Below are positions 13,050 through 27,019 of a stretch of DNA of 64,000 bases, piece after piece (within the stretch, counting starts at the first letter, position 1; each line of letters opens with the position of its first letter). The position numbers and the translations under genes were made by a program. Source of the DNA: Hypanus sabinus (taxonomy: Eukaryota); contig NC_082706.1 in NCBI RefSeq assembly GCF_030144855.1, forward strand, positions 27,156,001 to 27,220,000. Direction: 5' to 3'. Below the pieces are notes generated by a model. The model did not search any database. It was not told where the DNA came from and was given only the letters and a program-made list of their open reading frames with translations.

Positions 13050-15275
13050 TATGACAATAAGGAATAGGAGCAGAATTAGGCCAATCATCTATAAGATAAA
13101 GGAGAAGAAATCTGATATCTGGTCCATCGAGTATTCTACACTATTTCGTCGTGGCTGTTCCAATCTTTCTCTCAGCCCAGTCTCTTGCCTTCTCGCTGAA
13201 TCATGCCCTGACCAATCAAGAATCCATCAAAATCTGTCTTAAAGACTTGGCATCAACAGACTCTCCCACCAGAGGAAGCAACCTCTCTGCATTCACTCTG
13301 CCAATCATACGATACGTTTCAACTAGGTCACCGCTCATTTTTCTGAATTCTAGTGAGAATACTGAGAGCCATATAACGCTCTTCATCTTAAAAGTTATTC
13401 AATCCTGGGAGCACTTCTCTGAAATTCTTTTGAAGCCTCTCCAGTTTCAACACATCCTTTCTAGGATAGGAGGCCCAAAATTGCTCACAGTACTAATAGC
13501 GAGCCCTCATCAGTGTTTTATAAAGTCTTAACATTACATCCTTGCTTTTATAATCTAATCCTCTTAAATGAATGTGAACATCGGATTTGCCTTCTCATCA
13601 CAGGTTCAGTCAGAAAATTAACCTTTACAGAACCCTGCACCGCGTCCCTCATCGTCCCATGCCTCTTAAATGTCTGAATTTTCTCACCATTTAGAAAATA
13701 GTCTCCGCTTTTATTTCTTCCACAAAAGTGCATGACCTCGCATTTAACGACACAGTATTCTATCTGCCTCATCGTTACAGTCTCCTAATATGTGTGTCAT
13801 TCTGTAGGCTCTCTACTTCAAAACTGCCTGCCATACCAATTATCTTCATATCGTCCGCAACCGTTCCAAATAAGCCACCAAATCCATAACCCAAATCATT
13901 GACATACAAGGCAAAAAGGATAGGTTTAATACAGGCCTCTGTGGAATACAGACAGTAACCTGCTGCCAGTCAGAAAGAGATCCCTTCATCACCTCTCTGC
14001 TCCCTGCCACTCAGGCACAGTTTTCTCCATATTAGAATCGCTCCAGTAATAACATGGGCTCATACCTTGTTAAATAGCGTTATGTGCAGCACCTTGTCAA
14101 AGAGGACATTTCCAAGATTTGGCCAGTTTAATGTTTTATTCAGCTGCAACCTGAAATTCGAACAGTGATACTCAGTGCCAAGTTGTATCGAAACATATGA
14201 CATAAGGCATAGGAGCAGATTTAGGGTATTCATACCATCGAGTCTGCTTCACCATTCCATCATAGCTGATTCCTGATTCCACTACTTGCCATATCCTTTG
14301 ATGTCCTGACCGATCACGAAACTTTCAACTTCCACTTTAAATATAGCCACGGACTTGGCCTCCATCACAGTCCACAGCACACAGAACCACAGCAGATTCA
14401 CTGCTCTCTGGCTAAAATAGGATTCTCCCTTACATCTGATGTAAAAGGTCGCTCCTCACAGGAAACCCACCTTAGGAACATACTCCACACAGCCACGTAA
14501 TCTCGTCCTTTCAACACTTGGTACGTTTCGATGAGAAATCCCTTATTCTTCTTAATTCTAGTGAATACATAGAAACATCGAAAGTCTACAGCACAATACA
14601 GTCCTTTTGGCCCACAAAGCTGTGTCGAACATGTCCTTATCTGAAAAATTATCTAGGGTTACCCATAGCCCTCTGTTTTGCTGAGCTTCATATACCTGTC
14701 CGGACGTCTCTTAAAAGACCCTATTGTATTCGCTTCCACAACCGTCACCAGCAGCCCATTCCATGCACTCACCACCCACTGCTTAAAAAAATTATTTCTG
14801 ATATTTCCTCTGTACCTACTTACAAGCAACGTGCCCTCTCGTGCTAGCCATTTCAGCCCTCCATCGCTCCAAGGAAAAATGGCCGAATTCAGTCGATCTG
14901 TTTCTCATAAGGCATGCTCCCCAATCCAGGCAACATCCTTGTAAATCTCCTCTGCACCCTTTCTATGGTCTCCATGTCCATCCTATAGTGATGTGACCAG
15001 AACTGAGCACAGTACCCCAAGTGGGGTCTGACCAGGATCCTATGTAGCTGCAACATTACCTCTCGGCTCCGAAACCCAATCCGACGTTTGATGAAGGCTA
15101 AGGAACCGTGTGCTTTCTTAACCACAGGGTCAACCCGCACAGCAGCATTGAGTGTCCTATAGATTCAGATCCCAAGATCCCTCTGATCACCTTCTGTCTT
15201 CATATTTGACCTACCAAAATGAACCACCTCACACTTATCTGGGTTGAACTCCATTTGCCACTTCTCAGTCCATCA
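13050..15275 (-). mobile_element. Three stacked CR1 3' fragments
   Basis: KCEVMHF, RPHLGYCAQFWS, and three separate 3' tails (~13050, ~14195, ~14567). Confidence 0.8.
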
Positions 15276-15329
15276 TAGGCCTATGGTCCACTGTGAGCTG
15301 AAAGTACAGGAAAAAATAAGAGTATAGCT

Positions 15330-15660
15330 TTGTAGCAACTCCCACTGGACTGATGTCTTTATCTGTCTTGATGGAAATTCCGGAAAATAGAAAGTGTTTA
15401 ACTTGCTTTGAACACAGACATATGTGAATCACACTGCTGTTCCATATTCTACCAGTTGAGGGGAGCTCCAGTCTGTGAGAATACACCAGGACAATAGCTA
15501 ACATCAGGTTATAAGAAAACAGAGCTCTCTCTGTTGCAAACGAATTAAATTATGCTGAAGTGAAAAGCAATATAAATTCGGTGTTCTTCAGAATATATTC
15601 AAGAATGTAATGGTGATTTTGTTCAAATCCATACCTTCCTGGATCTGGACTTCGGAATTA
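15330..15660 (-). pseudogene. Short degenerate collagen-like exons
   Basis: Short purine-rich segments between AT-rich intron-like stretches, e.g. GISIKTDKDISPVGV. Gly-X-Y periodicity is only partly retained. Confidence 0.4.
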
Positions 15661-15759
15661 ACTCCCAAAATTGCATTAAAGCATCAGAAAAATAGCAACA
15701 TACACTTTTTCTTCATATCAGAGTATATGATTACAGCACATCATGTGAATTAATCATTA

Positions 15760-16405
15760 CTCTTCACAAGGAGATTAGTAGTCCTTTCCCAAAGTCCAAC
15801 GGACATACTTCAGAGATTCATTAACTGCACTCTTTCAAGGTCATTTTTTAAGATCAATACGTAGACTGTTACCCCAATGTCCACATCCTGTAATATCAAC
15901 AACTCCATTAGATGCAGTTGGATATAATACTTCTCGGAATTTTTCAACATCCTGGTTCAAGTACATCATCGGACAATAAGGATTTCAGCAAATGTGTTAC
16001 CACTCTTACTTCACACTAATTGGCAAATAGTGGCAAAGCGACATCAGATCTGTCAAACTAGATTCGAACTCCAACAATCAGAAATGACTTAATATCAAAT
16101 ATTAGAATCGCTGGAGCCAGCGGGATTCAAAATGGGACGAGTGGTCATTGCTGCAAAGACAATTATTGGGCGATTGTCAGAAATTTCATCTTTTCAGTAT
16201 ATTTTGTTTCGGTTGTTTACGACTACAGAAGTAACAGGTGTAAGAGGGCGTGCAATCTGCCCAAGCACATCCACCTGAACAAACGATATGAACATCATTC
16301 TTGTGATTAGCGTGAATTTGAACCAGTGGAGAGTAAATATAAGTGGGCAGAAAAGATCTACCTCCTCGGCTTTTCACCTTTTTTATTATGTCGGCGAGGT
16401 GGTGT
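15760..16405 (-). pseudogene. VWA module E plus Cys/Pro linker exon
   Basis: LADII../KAEEV/RSFL. Acceptor tttgttcag, then VDVLGQIARPL..TTRPILNPAGSS../RSDVALPL../LNQDVEKFREVLYPTA. Then EVCPLDFGKG (cf. COL7A1 EPCPVYCPKG). Confidence 0.65.
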
Positions 16406-16409
16406 TTAG

Positions 16410-18615
16410 AGCACCTCATGGTTGAGCCCACTAAGGGAAAAGTTATTCAGTTGTGCAATGAACTGGAATAGATAATAGAGCTTAAGTAAAAGAACCCTCA
16501 GGGGAGGTGATTATAACATAATAGAATTCATCCTGAAATTTGAGAAGCAGAATCTAAAATGAGTTGTATCAGTATTACCAAGGAGTAATGGAAATTACAG
16601 AGGCATTGGAGAAGAGTTGGCCAGAATGGATTGGATATGAACACTGGAAGGGATAATGGCACAGCAGCAATTGCTGGAATATCTGGTAGTAATTCGGAAG
16701 CCACAGGATATATACACTCCAAAGTGGAAGAAGTATTCTACAGACAAGATGACATAACCATGGCTTACAAGGGAACTCTAACTCAAGATAAAAGCCAAGG
16801 AGAGGGCATATAACAGAAGAAAAAATAGTGGGAAGTTAGGGGAGTGGAATTTTTGAAATGCCAAATGAAGGCAACTAAAATGTCATGGGGAAGACCTTAA
16901 TGGAATACGAGTGTAAGCTAACCAGTAATATTGAAGATGATACCGAAAGTTTCCTGATATACTGAAGGTGTAAAATGGAGGTGAGGGTCGATAACGGGCT
17001 ACTGGAAAAGGATGCTAGAGGGATGTAATTGGGGACAGTGAAATGGCGGATGACCTTAAGACCTCAAGACCATAAGACCATAAGATACAGTAGCAGAAGT
17101 TGGTCATTCAGCCCATCGATTCTGCTTCGCAATTCAATCATGGCTGATCCAATTCTACCAGTCATCCCCACTCCCCTGCCTTCTCCCCATTCCCTTTGAT
17201 GTCCTGTCAAATCAAGAAATTAAATGCACCCAGTGACTTGGCCCCCACAGAGGCTCGTGCCAACAAATTCCACAGATATATCAACCTCTCACTAAAGTAA
17301 TTTCCCCGCATCTCTGTTATAAGTGGACGTCCTTCAATCCTGAAGTCGTGCCTTCTTGTCCTAGAATGCCCTACCATAGGAAATAACTTTGCCATACCTA
17401 ATCTGTTTAGGCCTTTTGACATTCGGAATTATTTCTATGAAATCCACTCTCCCCACCCCCCAACCCCCATTCTCCTGAACTCCAGGGAATACAGCCCAAG
17501 AGCTGCCAGACGTTCCTGATATGGTAAACGTATCATTGCTGGAATTATTCTCGTGAATCTTCTCTGAACTCTCTCCAATGTCAGTATATCCTTTCTAAAG
17601 TAAGAAGCCCAAAACTACACACAATACTCCAATTGTGATGTCACAAGTGCCTTGTAGAGCCTTAACAACACATCCCTGTTCTTATATTCTATTACCCTAG
17701 AAAAGAATGCCATTAAAAAAATATTTCCATCAATTCTCTCTGTGGAAAATACAAACATCATGGTGAAAGTTCCAGATGCCCGGGTCATAAAGTGTGTGAA
17801 GTTACGATTACTATAGAGAATGTTCTAGGGAATCCTGGAAGTCTGAAGTTAGACAGGTGGCCCAGATCAGATGGTGTACACACCAGTGTTCTGAGACATG
17901 TGGCTGAACAGAGTATGGAGGAGTTTACAATGATCTTTCAAGAATGACAAGAATCTGGAATGCTTCAAGAAGACTAGAAACTAGTAATGGCCACTTCACT
18001 ATTCAAAACAAGAGAGAAGCAGAAAACGGATGACTGTTTTGGGACCAATACTTTTTCTGTTATAAGTCAATGATTGAATGATAGAATTGATGGTATTTTC
18101 TCAAAGTGTGCAGAGGATGCAGAAATAGATGGAGGGGCATGCAGTTTTGCTAAAATTGAGAGGCTACACGATGACTTAAACCGATTAGGAGAATAGACAA
18201 AGGAGTGGTAGATGGAATATGGTGTCGGAAAGTTTATAGTCATGCAATTTGATAGAAGTAATAAGATAATTATCTGTTTTCTAAAGACAGAGAAAATACA
18301 AAAAAAAATAAGGATTTGGGAAACAGTGTGCAGGATTCTCTACGTAATTTCAGTCAGTACTGAGAAAGGCAAATGTAATGTTAGCATTCATTTCAGGAGG
18401 ACTAGAATATAAAGGCAATGACGTAATGTTGAGACTTTATAAAACACTGGTGAGGCCTTACTTGGAGTATTGTGTGCAAGTTAGGGATCCAGTCTTAGAA
18501 AGGACGAGCTGAAACTGAACCTGGACAGGGTTCAAAGGAGGTTCATGAAAATAATTCCAGGATTAAATGTCTTGTTATATGAAAATCGTTTGCAGTCTGT
18601 GGGAGTATATTCACC
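16410..18615 (+). mobile_element. Old CR1 ORF2 with a minus-strand CR1 3' end nested at ~17060-17715
   Basis: Decayed EN/RT motifs; nested copy has an (ACCATAAG)n tail. Confidence 0.75.
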
Positions 18616-20808
18616 AGTTGAGATTTTAGATTGGAAAAAGGCTAACATTGTGGAGATGCGAAAGGATTTAGAAGGAGTGGATTGGGACAATTTGTTTTAT
18701 GGGAACGATGTAATAGAGAAATGGAGATCATTTAAAGGTGAAATTTTGAGGGTTCAGAATCTTTATGTTCCGGTTAGGTTGAAAGGACAAGTTTAAAGTT
18801 TGAAACAGCCATGATTTGCAAAGGATATTGGAAACTTGGCTCGGAAAAAGAGAGAGATCTACAATAGTATAGGCAGCATGGAGTAAACGAGGTGATCGAG
18901 GAATATAAAGAACATAAAAAGAATCTTAAGAAAGAAATTAGAAAAACTTAAAGAAGATATGAGGTTGCTTTGGCAAGTAAGATGAAAATAAATCCAAAGG
19001 GTTTCTACAGTTATATAAATAGCAAAAGGATAGTGAAAGATAAAATTGTTCCCTTAGAGAATCAAAGTGGACAGCTATGTGTGGAGCCAAAGGAGATGGG
19101 AGAGATTTTGAACGATTTCTTTTCTTCAGTATTCACGAAGGAGATGGATATTGAATTGTGTACGGTAAGGGAAACAAGTAGGATAGTTATAGAAACTATG
19201 ATGATTAAAGGAGAGGAAGGACTGGCGCTGTTAAATAATAGAAAAGTGGATAAGTCTCCAGGTCCGGACAGGATATTCCCTAGGACCTTGAGGGAAGTTA
19301 GTGTAGAAATAGCAGGGGCGGTGACAGAAATATTTCAAATGTCATTAGAAACAGGGGTTGTGCCGATGGATTGGCATATTGCTCATGTGGTTCTATTGTT
19401 TAGAAAGGGTTCTAAGAGTAAACCTAGCAATTATCGGCCTGTAAGTTTGAAGTCAGTGGTGGGCAAATTAATGGAAAGTATTCCTAGAGATGGTATACAT
19501 AATTATCTGGATAGAGAGGGTCTGATTAGGAACAGTCAACATGGATGTGTGCATGGAAGTTCAAGTTTGACAACTCATTGAATTTTTTGAAGAGGTTACT
19601 AAGAAGGTTGACGAGGGTAAAGCAGTGGATCTTGTCTATATAGACTTCAGTAAGGCCTTTGACAAGGTTCCTTACGGATGGTTAGTTAGGAAGATTCAAT
19701 CGTTAGGTATTAATATCAAAGTAGTAAAATGGATTCAACAGAGGATGGATGGGAGATGCCAGGAAGTAGTTGTGGATAACTGTTTGTCGGGTTGGAGGCC
19801 GTTGTCTAGTGGTGTGCCTCAGGGATCTGTACTGAGTCCAATGTAGTTCGTCATATACATTAATGATCTGGATGATGGGGTGGTAAATTGGATTAGTAAT
19901 TTTGCAGATGATACTAAGATAGGTGGTGTTGTGGATAATGAAGTAGGTTTTCAAAGCTTCCAGAGAGATTTAGGCCAGTTAGAAGAGCGGACTGAAAGAT
20001 GGCAGATGGAGTTTAATGCTGATAAGTGTGAGGTGCTACATTTTGGTTGGACTAATTAAAATAGGACATTAAGGAATGGTAGAGCATTGAGGAATGCAGT
20101 AGAACAGAGTGATCCAGGAATTATGATGCATCGTTCCCTGAAGGTGGAATCTCATGTGGATAGGCTGGTGAAGAAAGCTTTTGGTAAGCTGGCCTTTATA
20201 AATCAGAGCATTGAGCATAGGCGTTGGGATGTAAAGTTAAAATTGTGCAAGGCATAGGTGAGGCCACATTTGGAGTATTGTGTACAGTTCTGGACACCGA
20301 ATTATATGAAAAATGTCACCAAAATAGAAAGACTATAGAGGAGATTTACTCGAATGCTACCTGGGTTTCAGTACCTAAGTTACAGAGAAAGGTTGAACAA
20401 GTTAGGGCTTTATTCTTTGGAGCATTGAAGGTTGAGGGGGGACTTGATAGAGCTATTTAAAATTATGAGGGAGATAGATAGAGTTGACGTGGATAGGCTT
20501 TCTCCATTGACAGTAGGGGAGATTCAAACAAGAGGACAGGAGCTGAGAGTTAAAAGGCAAAAGTTTAGGGGTAACACAAAGGGAAACTTTTTTATTCAGC
20601 GAGTGTTAGCTGTGAGGAATATGCTTCCAGTAGAAGTGGAAGAAGCAGGTTCGATATTGTTTTAAAAAAAATGGATAGTTATATGGACAGGAAAGGAATG
20701 GAGGGTCATGTGCAGGTCGGTGGGACAAGGTGAGAGTAAGCGTTCTGTACGGACTCGAAGGGCCGAGATGGCCCGTTACCGTGCTGTAATTGTTATATGG
20801 TTATATGG
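18616..20808 (+). mobile_element. CR1 LINE ORF2 (RT to 3' end), relatively young
   Basis: KSPGPD, NYRPVSL, DFSKAFDKVP, SGVPQGSVL, FADDTK; tail (TTATATGG)2. Confidence 0.93.
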
Positions 20809-20875
20809 TGTTCCGAAAGTTATCCCACTGGCATTGTCATAAACCTCCACTCGGCTGTCGCTGCTGCTTGGCACA

Positions 20876-21690
20876 TTAGAAACATAGAATACATACCGAA
20901 CATGCACTTACCTTTGAAATTACCCTGGGTGACCCATAGCCCCCTATTTTTCTAAGCTCAATGTACCTATTCGGGAGCCATTTACAAGAATATATTGTAT
21001 CTGTCTCCACCATTGACACCAGCAGCCCATTCCATGCACTCACCACTCTGCATAAAAAAACTTATCCCGACATCACCTCAGCACCTACTTCCAAGCACCT
21101 AAAAAATGCGCCCTCTCGTGTTAGCCACTTCAGCCCATGGAAAAAAGCCTCTGACTATCGAGATGATCAATGCCTCTCGTCACCTATCAGGTCACCTCTC
21201 ATCCTCTGTCGCTTCAAGAAGAAAAGGCCAACTTCACTCAACCCATTTTCTGCAAATTTTCTGTAGCTTCCACATCCGTCCTGTAGTGAGGTGATCAGAA
21301 CTGAACACAGTGCTCCAAGTGGGGTCTGGCCGGGGTTCCATACAGCTGTAACATGACTTCTTGGCTTTTGAACTCAATCCCACGGTTGATGAAGGCCAAT
21401 GCACTGTATGCCTTCTTAAACAAACAGTCAACCTGCGCAGCAGCCTTGAATGTCCTGTGGACTCGGACCCCAAGTTCCTCTGATCCTCCACACCACCAGG
21501 AGTCTTACCATTAATACTAAATTCTGAAATCATATTTGACCTACCAAGATGAACCTCCTCACAGTTATCTGGGTTGAACTCCATCTGCCACTTCTCAACC
21601 CAGTTTAACATCTTATCGATGCCGCGCTGCAACCTCTGACAGCCCTTCACACACTATCCGCAACACTTCCATTATTTGTGTCATCAAAGT
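20876..21690 (-). mobile_element. CR1 3' fragment
   Basis: WVEKWQMEFNPDNCE; 3' tail at ~20876. Confidence 0.85.
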
Positions 21691-21847
21691 TGCTCAGTCT
21701 GAGACCAATTTTCATGTACTATGCACTTCTTTTGAATTTGGTTTTCACTTTCTTTTGAATGTCTGCTGGATATATTTGAATGTTTTACGCCTTGGACCCT
21801 GAGGAACGTTGTCTCGTTCAACTATATCTATGTATGGTTTCAATGAA

Positions 21848-21851
<4 letters not shown>

Positions 21852-21918
<67 letters not shown>
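21852..21918. repeat. (CT)n microsatellite
   Basis: Perfect dinucleotide run. Confidence 0.99.
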
Positions 21919-21921
<3 letters not shown>

Positions 21922-22039
21922 ACACTGTCACTCATTGTGGATTATCCATCTGCTTTTGTGGATGTGTGCGAAGAACAAGAAAATAAGGTTGTATATTGTA
22001 TACATTCTCCGACATTAGATAGAACATTGAACTATTGAA

Positions 22040-23853
22040 CTGTAATAAGCAACGTCGCATTTATACATATTATCAAGTAGTCAAGAAAATTCAATAAACT
22101 TTATCAGTCCATATTCCCGCAATACATGCTATTTCAGTGCCTCATCTTGGAAAAATAGACGAGAAATACCAGGCAGACAAACTAAATGTTCGTTTTGTCA
22201 TTTTTGTACCTAATGATAAATAAAGAATGTATTTCACCTTCTGACAGCTGCCTTGCGCCACTCTTTAAGCTCGGGTGTGGTCTTTCCGAATTACAGCATT
22301 TTTTTCCCTACTGGCCGAAGGGCAAAAATACAGAAAAAGAAGACTGTGGATTTTCTCTTTGGAGCGCAGCAGGGAAAGTCGCGACTTAATAGAAATGTAC
22401 AATGTGAATTTTATAAAGTATGGGTGGCCAGAGACTTCCCAGGGTCACAATGGCCACGACAACGAAGCGTAATTTAAAGGTGATTGGAGAAGTGTATTAG
22501 TCAGGGAATCGAGGGTGCATGAAACAATTTCTCCTAGGGGTCGTGATAGAGGCAGAAACACGGCGGACATTTTGGACACTCTTAAATGGGTAATGAAATA
22601 AAATATGGTATGCAGGAGAGAAGGGTTATATTGATCCCAGTTAAATTAAAACATCGTTGATGAAGCCATGGAAAACGGTGGGAGCATTAGCAAGGCCAAA
22701 CGGCATTACGAGATATTCAAAATGGCCCAGAAGTGTGTTAAAGGCTGTCTTCCACTCATCCCCTCCCCGTACCCTAACGGGGTGGAAGGCATTCCATAGG
22801 TCCAGCTTGGAGAAGATGGTAATTCCGTGTAAGGGGCCGAAGGCTGCACTATTAAGAAGTAGTGGGTACTTATTCTTAATAGTTATATTGTTCAAGTCTC
22901 GATAATCGATGCAGTGGCAAAGCGATCCATCTTTTTTTTTCCACAAAAAAGAACCCGGCGGCCACAGGAAAGGAAAAGGGCCTGATGAGGCCCGCTGCGA
23001 GGGACTCGCCCACTTTTATCTCCAGGGCCTCCCTCTCTGGTCGAGATAAGTTATAGAGGCGACTGGTGGGTAGCGGGAACCCAGGAAGAAGTTCGATGGC
23101 ACAGTCATAAGGGTTATGCGGAGGCAGGGCCAGTGCTCGTTGTTTGCTAAGCACTTGTCCAAGGTCGTGGTATTCAGCAGATACCCTGGAGAGGTCAGGG
23201 TCTTCGGTCATCTTTCGCTGCCAGTTCGTCCTTAATCTTTTCTGAGAGACCCTCCCCTAGGGCTTCGTCGTTCTATCCTGAGTCGGCTGCTGGGGTGGCA
23301 TTCGATGGCCTATTTAGTCACACTCCGTGGACCCTGACTTAGCGTCAGCAAGCGTCTGGCGGTGTCTGTTCCGCGAAGGGGCTGTTCGAAGACCTTGTCT
23401 GGTTCATGTCTGGACCAACGATAACGCCATACAAGCTGAATGGCATTATCTGCACCATGTTCTTATCCTTCGTTCCGTCCATACACATAATTCTTTCCAA
23501 TTGATTGATGGGTATATGCACTTCACCTTTCCTCAACACATTCTGGCGGCATTTTGTAGCCACCTTGTAAATTCTGTGCAATCTAGTGTACTAATTATCT
23601 TTGCCTCATTTATCTGAGCTAAACTTTCTTCATCTCATTTTAGTCCTACGCTTTCTTAGTCCTTGACATTTCCCTTTCAATACCTACTCTGTCTAAGTCA
23701 TCAAGAAAAGGACATAGTACTCCAATTATGGACTGCTCAAAGTTTATACTGCCACAAAATTACTTCCCAATAGTCATACTCATTACCCCGTATGATGTAG
23801 GAAAGCACACTGCTCACGCGTTGTTAGAAATCTACCTTCACTACATTTTATGT
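22040..23853 (-). pseudogene. VWA module D (23853-23721; 23563-~23395 plus ~22380-22238; ~22146-22040), split by TE insertions
   Basis: Acceptor ttatttcttag, then IKCSEGR..CAFLHHTG. Next exon INQLERIMCMDG../GADNAIQLVWRY (cf. COL7A1 ILQRIRDMPYMDPSGNNLGTAVVTAHRY). Confidence 0.55.
22641..23380 (-). mobile_element. Ty3/Gypsy (sushi-like) RT fragment
   Basis: [56 protein letters not shown]. Confidence 0.9.
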
Positions 23854-23894
23854 CTAAGAAATAAAGCACAGAACACAGCTATTACTACAATGGA

Positions 23895-24195
23895 TTCTAC
23901 GATGGAGCACACCAGTAAGGGCGACATTATTACAGTTTGATTCGGAGTTTAATCCCGACATATTCTGGACAGAGTCTCGACAAATCCTCCCCTTGAAATG
24001 CGTGGGTATTCGCCGGATGCTGCGCTTTTCTCACACAGCCCAAAGAAATATCAGCTTGTTTAATTGGACATTGGAAATTGTTCCCTCAATAGATTTAGTT
24101 TCAAATCGGGTTGTACGGATTAACTGGTGGTGCGTCTCGACGAGCCGGGGGGTGGGGGGGGGGGGGGTTGGTTATTCCGAGCCGTATCTCTAAAC
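23895..24195 (+). mobile_element. Decayed tRNA-derived V-SINE/HE1-like SINE
   Basis: Box-B-like ggagtttaatccc and core-like tgcgtgggtattcgccggatgctgcgcttttctcacacagcccaaaga. Confidence 0.6.
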
Positions 24196-24379
24196 AACGT
24201 AGAGGAACTACTCGTGTTGGAATGAAATGCGGAGTTGAATTGCTCTTAATGACAGGGATTTAGAAGAACGGCAGGGATGATCCAAAACATATTACTTGTT
24301 ACTATCATAAAATACTATGCAGGTACTTTAAGGAAAGACAGCACAATTACTTTAGATTTTTTTCAGATTATTTTTTTTT

Positions 24380-25070
24380 CACTTCAGTATTTAGATTTCA
24401 GTACCTGACAACAATCAATAACAGAGTTACTTAAGGTGAAAAGAAGTCCAAAATATACAGAATTTTCTGTGGATGCTTATGGACAATAACCGTTCAAAAG
24501 CAATATCTGTGACGGTAATAACGCAAAATTAAATTAACTCCATGTTGTTGCATGATCTTTCCCCCTCGATCACAGTTTTGCTTTGCATATTCCTGTCTAA
24601 AAGCTTCTGAAACCGTCAGATGGTACCTGCTTCCAGCGCCTCCTCTGGCAGTGTGTTGAAGGCAACTGCCACTTCCTGTATGAAACAAAACATATCACAC
24701 ACATCTTTTTGAAATTCCAGACTCCTCCCCCATCGCACAACCAACTCCACCACCACCAAATTAAGTGCCACCACCACCTTGAATTATTGCCTTTAACCTG
24801 ATATTTCCACCCAAGGAAAAAGATTCTGCATGTATATCTCATCCATGCCGCTTGTGATTATTTCAGAATAATTTTATTGGCAGCATGTGAAACATACAGT
24901 ACATAAGCAATTTGATTCTGGTGTGGTGCTACGCATAAGACACGGAAAAATATAGCTTAATAGACGACACAATAGCACCCAACCATGTAGAAGAAAATCG
25001 TACAAGCATCCATGGACAGTCAAAAATTAACAGTATTGTCACGTGCTTAATTACCCGTCGTCAACTTCAC
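24380..25070 (-). pseudogene. FN3-like module (two exon remnants) preceding VWA module D
   Basis: Exon starting at 24506: SISIHR../GLLFTLSNSVID/..SGTEI (cf. COL7A1 last FN3 SSSQRVTGLEPGVSYIFSLTPVLDGVRGPE). The first half (~25070-24900) is weak. Confidence 0.45.
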
Positions 25071-25159
25071 TAAATTTGAACATATGAACGGAATAAATAA
25101 TCATCACCAGAACAAGGAGAGTAGCAGAGACATCTTAACGGATATTGTGCGGATACAAT

Positions 25160-25940
25160 TAAGGATTTACACCTGAGTAGGTTTAATTGGAAGCTGGATA
25201 GCTTGAGGAAGGAAGTTTTGGAGATGACATATAGTCCTGGAGCTGATTGACATGTAGCGTCTCTCTGAACGCAATTTGGTGACCAGGTGGACTCTGTAGT
25301 AGCTTTTTTCAGCTCCTTTCCTTCGGTCGAGTGAGTGACAGGTCGTTAATGACAGTGGCAGACAGCCACAGATTTTCTCCGACGAGTATTCCTCTCTCTG
25401 GAATCTCGACTTGGAGAGTGAGGAGGTGGCAGGAAAGCAAACGCTGATAGAGGTGGTCAAAGCACTCTGAATAATGGTTGAGTTCCGGCACCATGACTTT
25501 TCAACTTATCTGGGCCGATGTTAAATCGTCCCAACATTGGGATTTTCCTCGCTTTCAGAACACTAACCCGTCGTGTCGAACCGCTCTGGGCCTGGATCTG
25601 CTGCCACGTTTCGAGCTGATCTTTCAAAATCAGCCCGGTGCTTAGATTGATCAGGCCTCTGTTTAGGAGGACCGTCCTCAAATCTGCCTCTTCTCCGTTC
25701 TGGCTTTGGTCTTCCAGGTTCGACCCGACTTTTCAAAGTATTCATCTCAACCTCGACCCGACCTTGCCGCACTCATCAGCCATCGAACTACCTACGCCTT
25801 CGCTCGCTTTTTCAGTGGTAGCGATAATTGTTTTTTCATATTTTTTTCTCAGAAAAAATGTGTTATCAAGAAAATTTGTCTGGTTGTATTCCGTATATTA
25901 TTGTCCGCCAGTACGTAGTCGTTGGATTTCAGCAGTGCGA
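25160..25940 (-). mobile_element. L1-type ORF1/5' region fragment
   Basis: Coiled-coil LKSRVE/LEDQSQ followed by an RRM/CTD-like segment; heavily frameshifted. Confidence 0.5.
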
Positions 25941-25959
25941 AATCAAACCTTGTTGTCGG

Positions 25960-26760
25960 AAAATTAACTGTCATAACAATTAGAGCTTTAAGAGCTCTGA
26001 AGAAGCTGTTCTATGTCTACGGAGAATCTTCGATTAACGATTTGTTAATATACTTCTGACTGTCTATCCGAAGAATGCCGAGGTCCTCCTGACGCTGAGT
26101 CTAGTGCAGATTTGGAATTGTCAGTTGACTGAGAATATTTGAAGTATTCGGAAGTCAGCTAATATTCTAAGATCAAGTGTAATGTGGTGAATCTATGCGG
26201 ACGGTGAAAATGAGGACGTCACGATCAAGGGGCCAATAAGAATTTGACGTGCTGACGTAAGGGTGAATGCTCATGCTATCTGAGAAAAATTCTATTTCTG
26301 CAGTCAACGTCCAGCTTCAAAGGCTGCATCTACCAGTGCGTAGACAGGAAGAGATATCTTCCGAAAGGACATCTACATTATCTGCAGACAGGAGAGCCAC
26401 CAGAAAGAGGACTGTCAAGAAAGCAAATGCTGCAAAAAAGTCTGCCCAAAACGTATTGGTGCCTACGGACAGACAATAGCAAGAGTAGCTGGCACTGATA
26501 CTGATCGGGCAAACATGACGCAGCCTTCCCCAGTGCAGAGGGCACGTCCGACATCGTGTCAAAAACTGCTCCTGAAGAAAGGCCGACCACATCGAAATTC
26601 CACTTGCAGCCGAAACACCCCAGTCCACGCCATAGGACCAGAAGGACTCTGCGGAGTATGTAAGGAAGGAAAGGCAGGAATAATGATGGCGACCAGTCAA
26701 GACGAAGAAGACTCACAAGACACCATCCAAGAGACTACTGGCTGCCGAAAATAAAAGGAA
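25960..26760 (+). mobile_element. Possible piggyBac-like DNA transposon remnant
   Basis: Acidic N-terminal-like stretch, then PEERPTTSKFH.. and CGVCKE..RRRLTRH resembling a C-terminal Cys-rich domain. Weak. Confidence 0.25.
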
Positions 26761-27019
26761 CTGGAAGTAAAGGGCAGACCGTCAAACAAATAGCAGCAAG
26801 AACGGAACATCGGAGACAAGAACATAGGAAGCGTAATGAGGACTGGAAAGAGCGGAAGATCAGATATATACGAGGAAGTAATTCTGCTGACCAACCGGGT
26901 CCTCGGGAAAATGGGCGAAGCAGAGGTGCCATCAGCCCCCGGCTCCTAGAATTGGGAGTAGCAAGCGCCCAATCAACACCAATCAACATCAACTCTGCAT
27001 AGAAAAAGGAGCAGGACAG

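Noticed and set aside
15840-15960. GCGHWG resembling the HWGHP motif of Mononegavirales L (endogenous viral element)
   Set aside because: No further L motifs; the segment fits the VWA C-terminal helix followed by a GT donor.
21780-22018. Ser-Leu repeat ORFs
   Set aside because: Translations of the (CT)n microsatellite.
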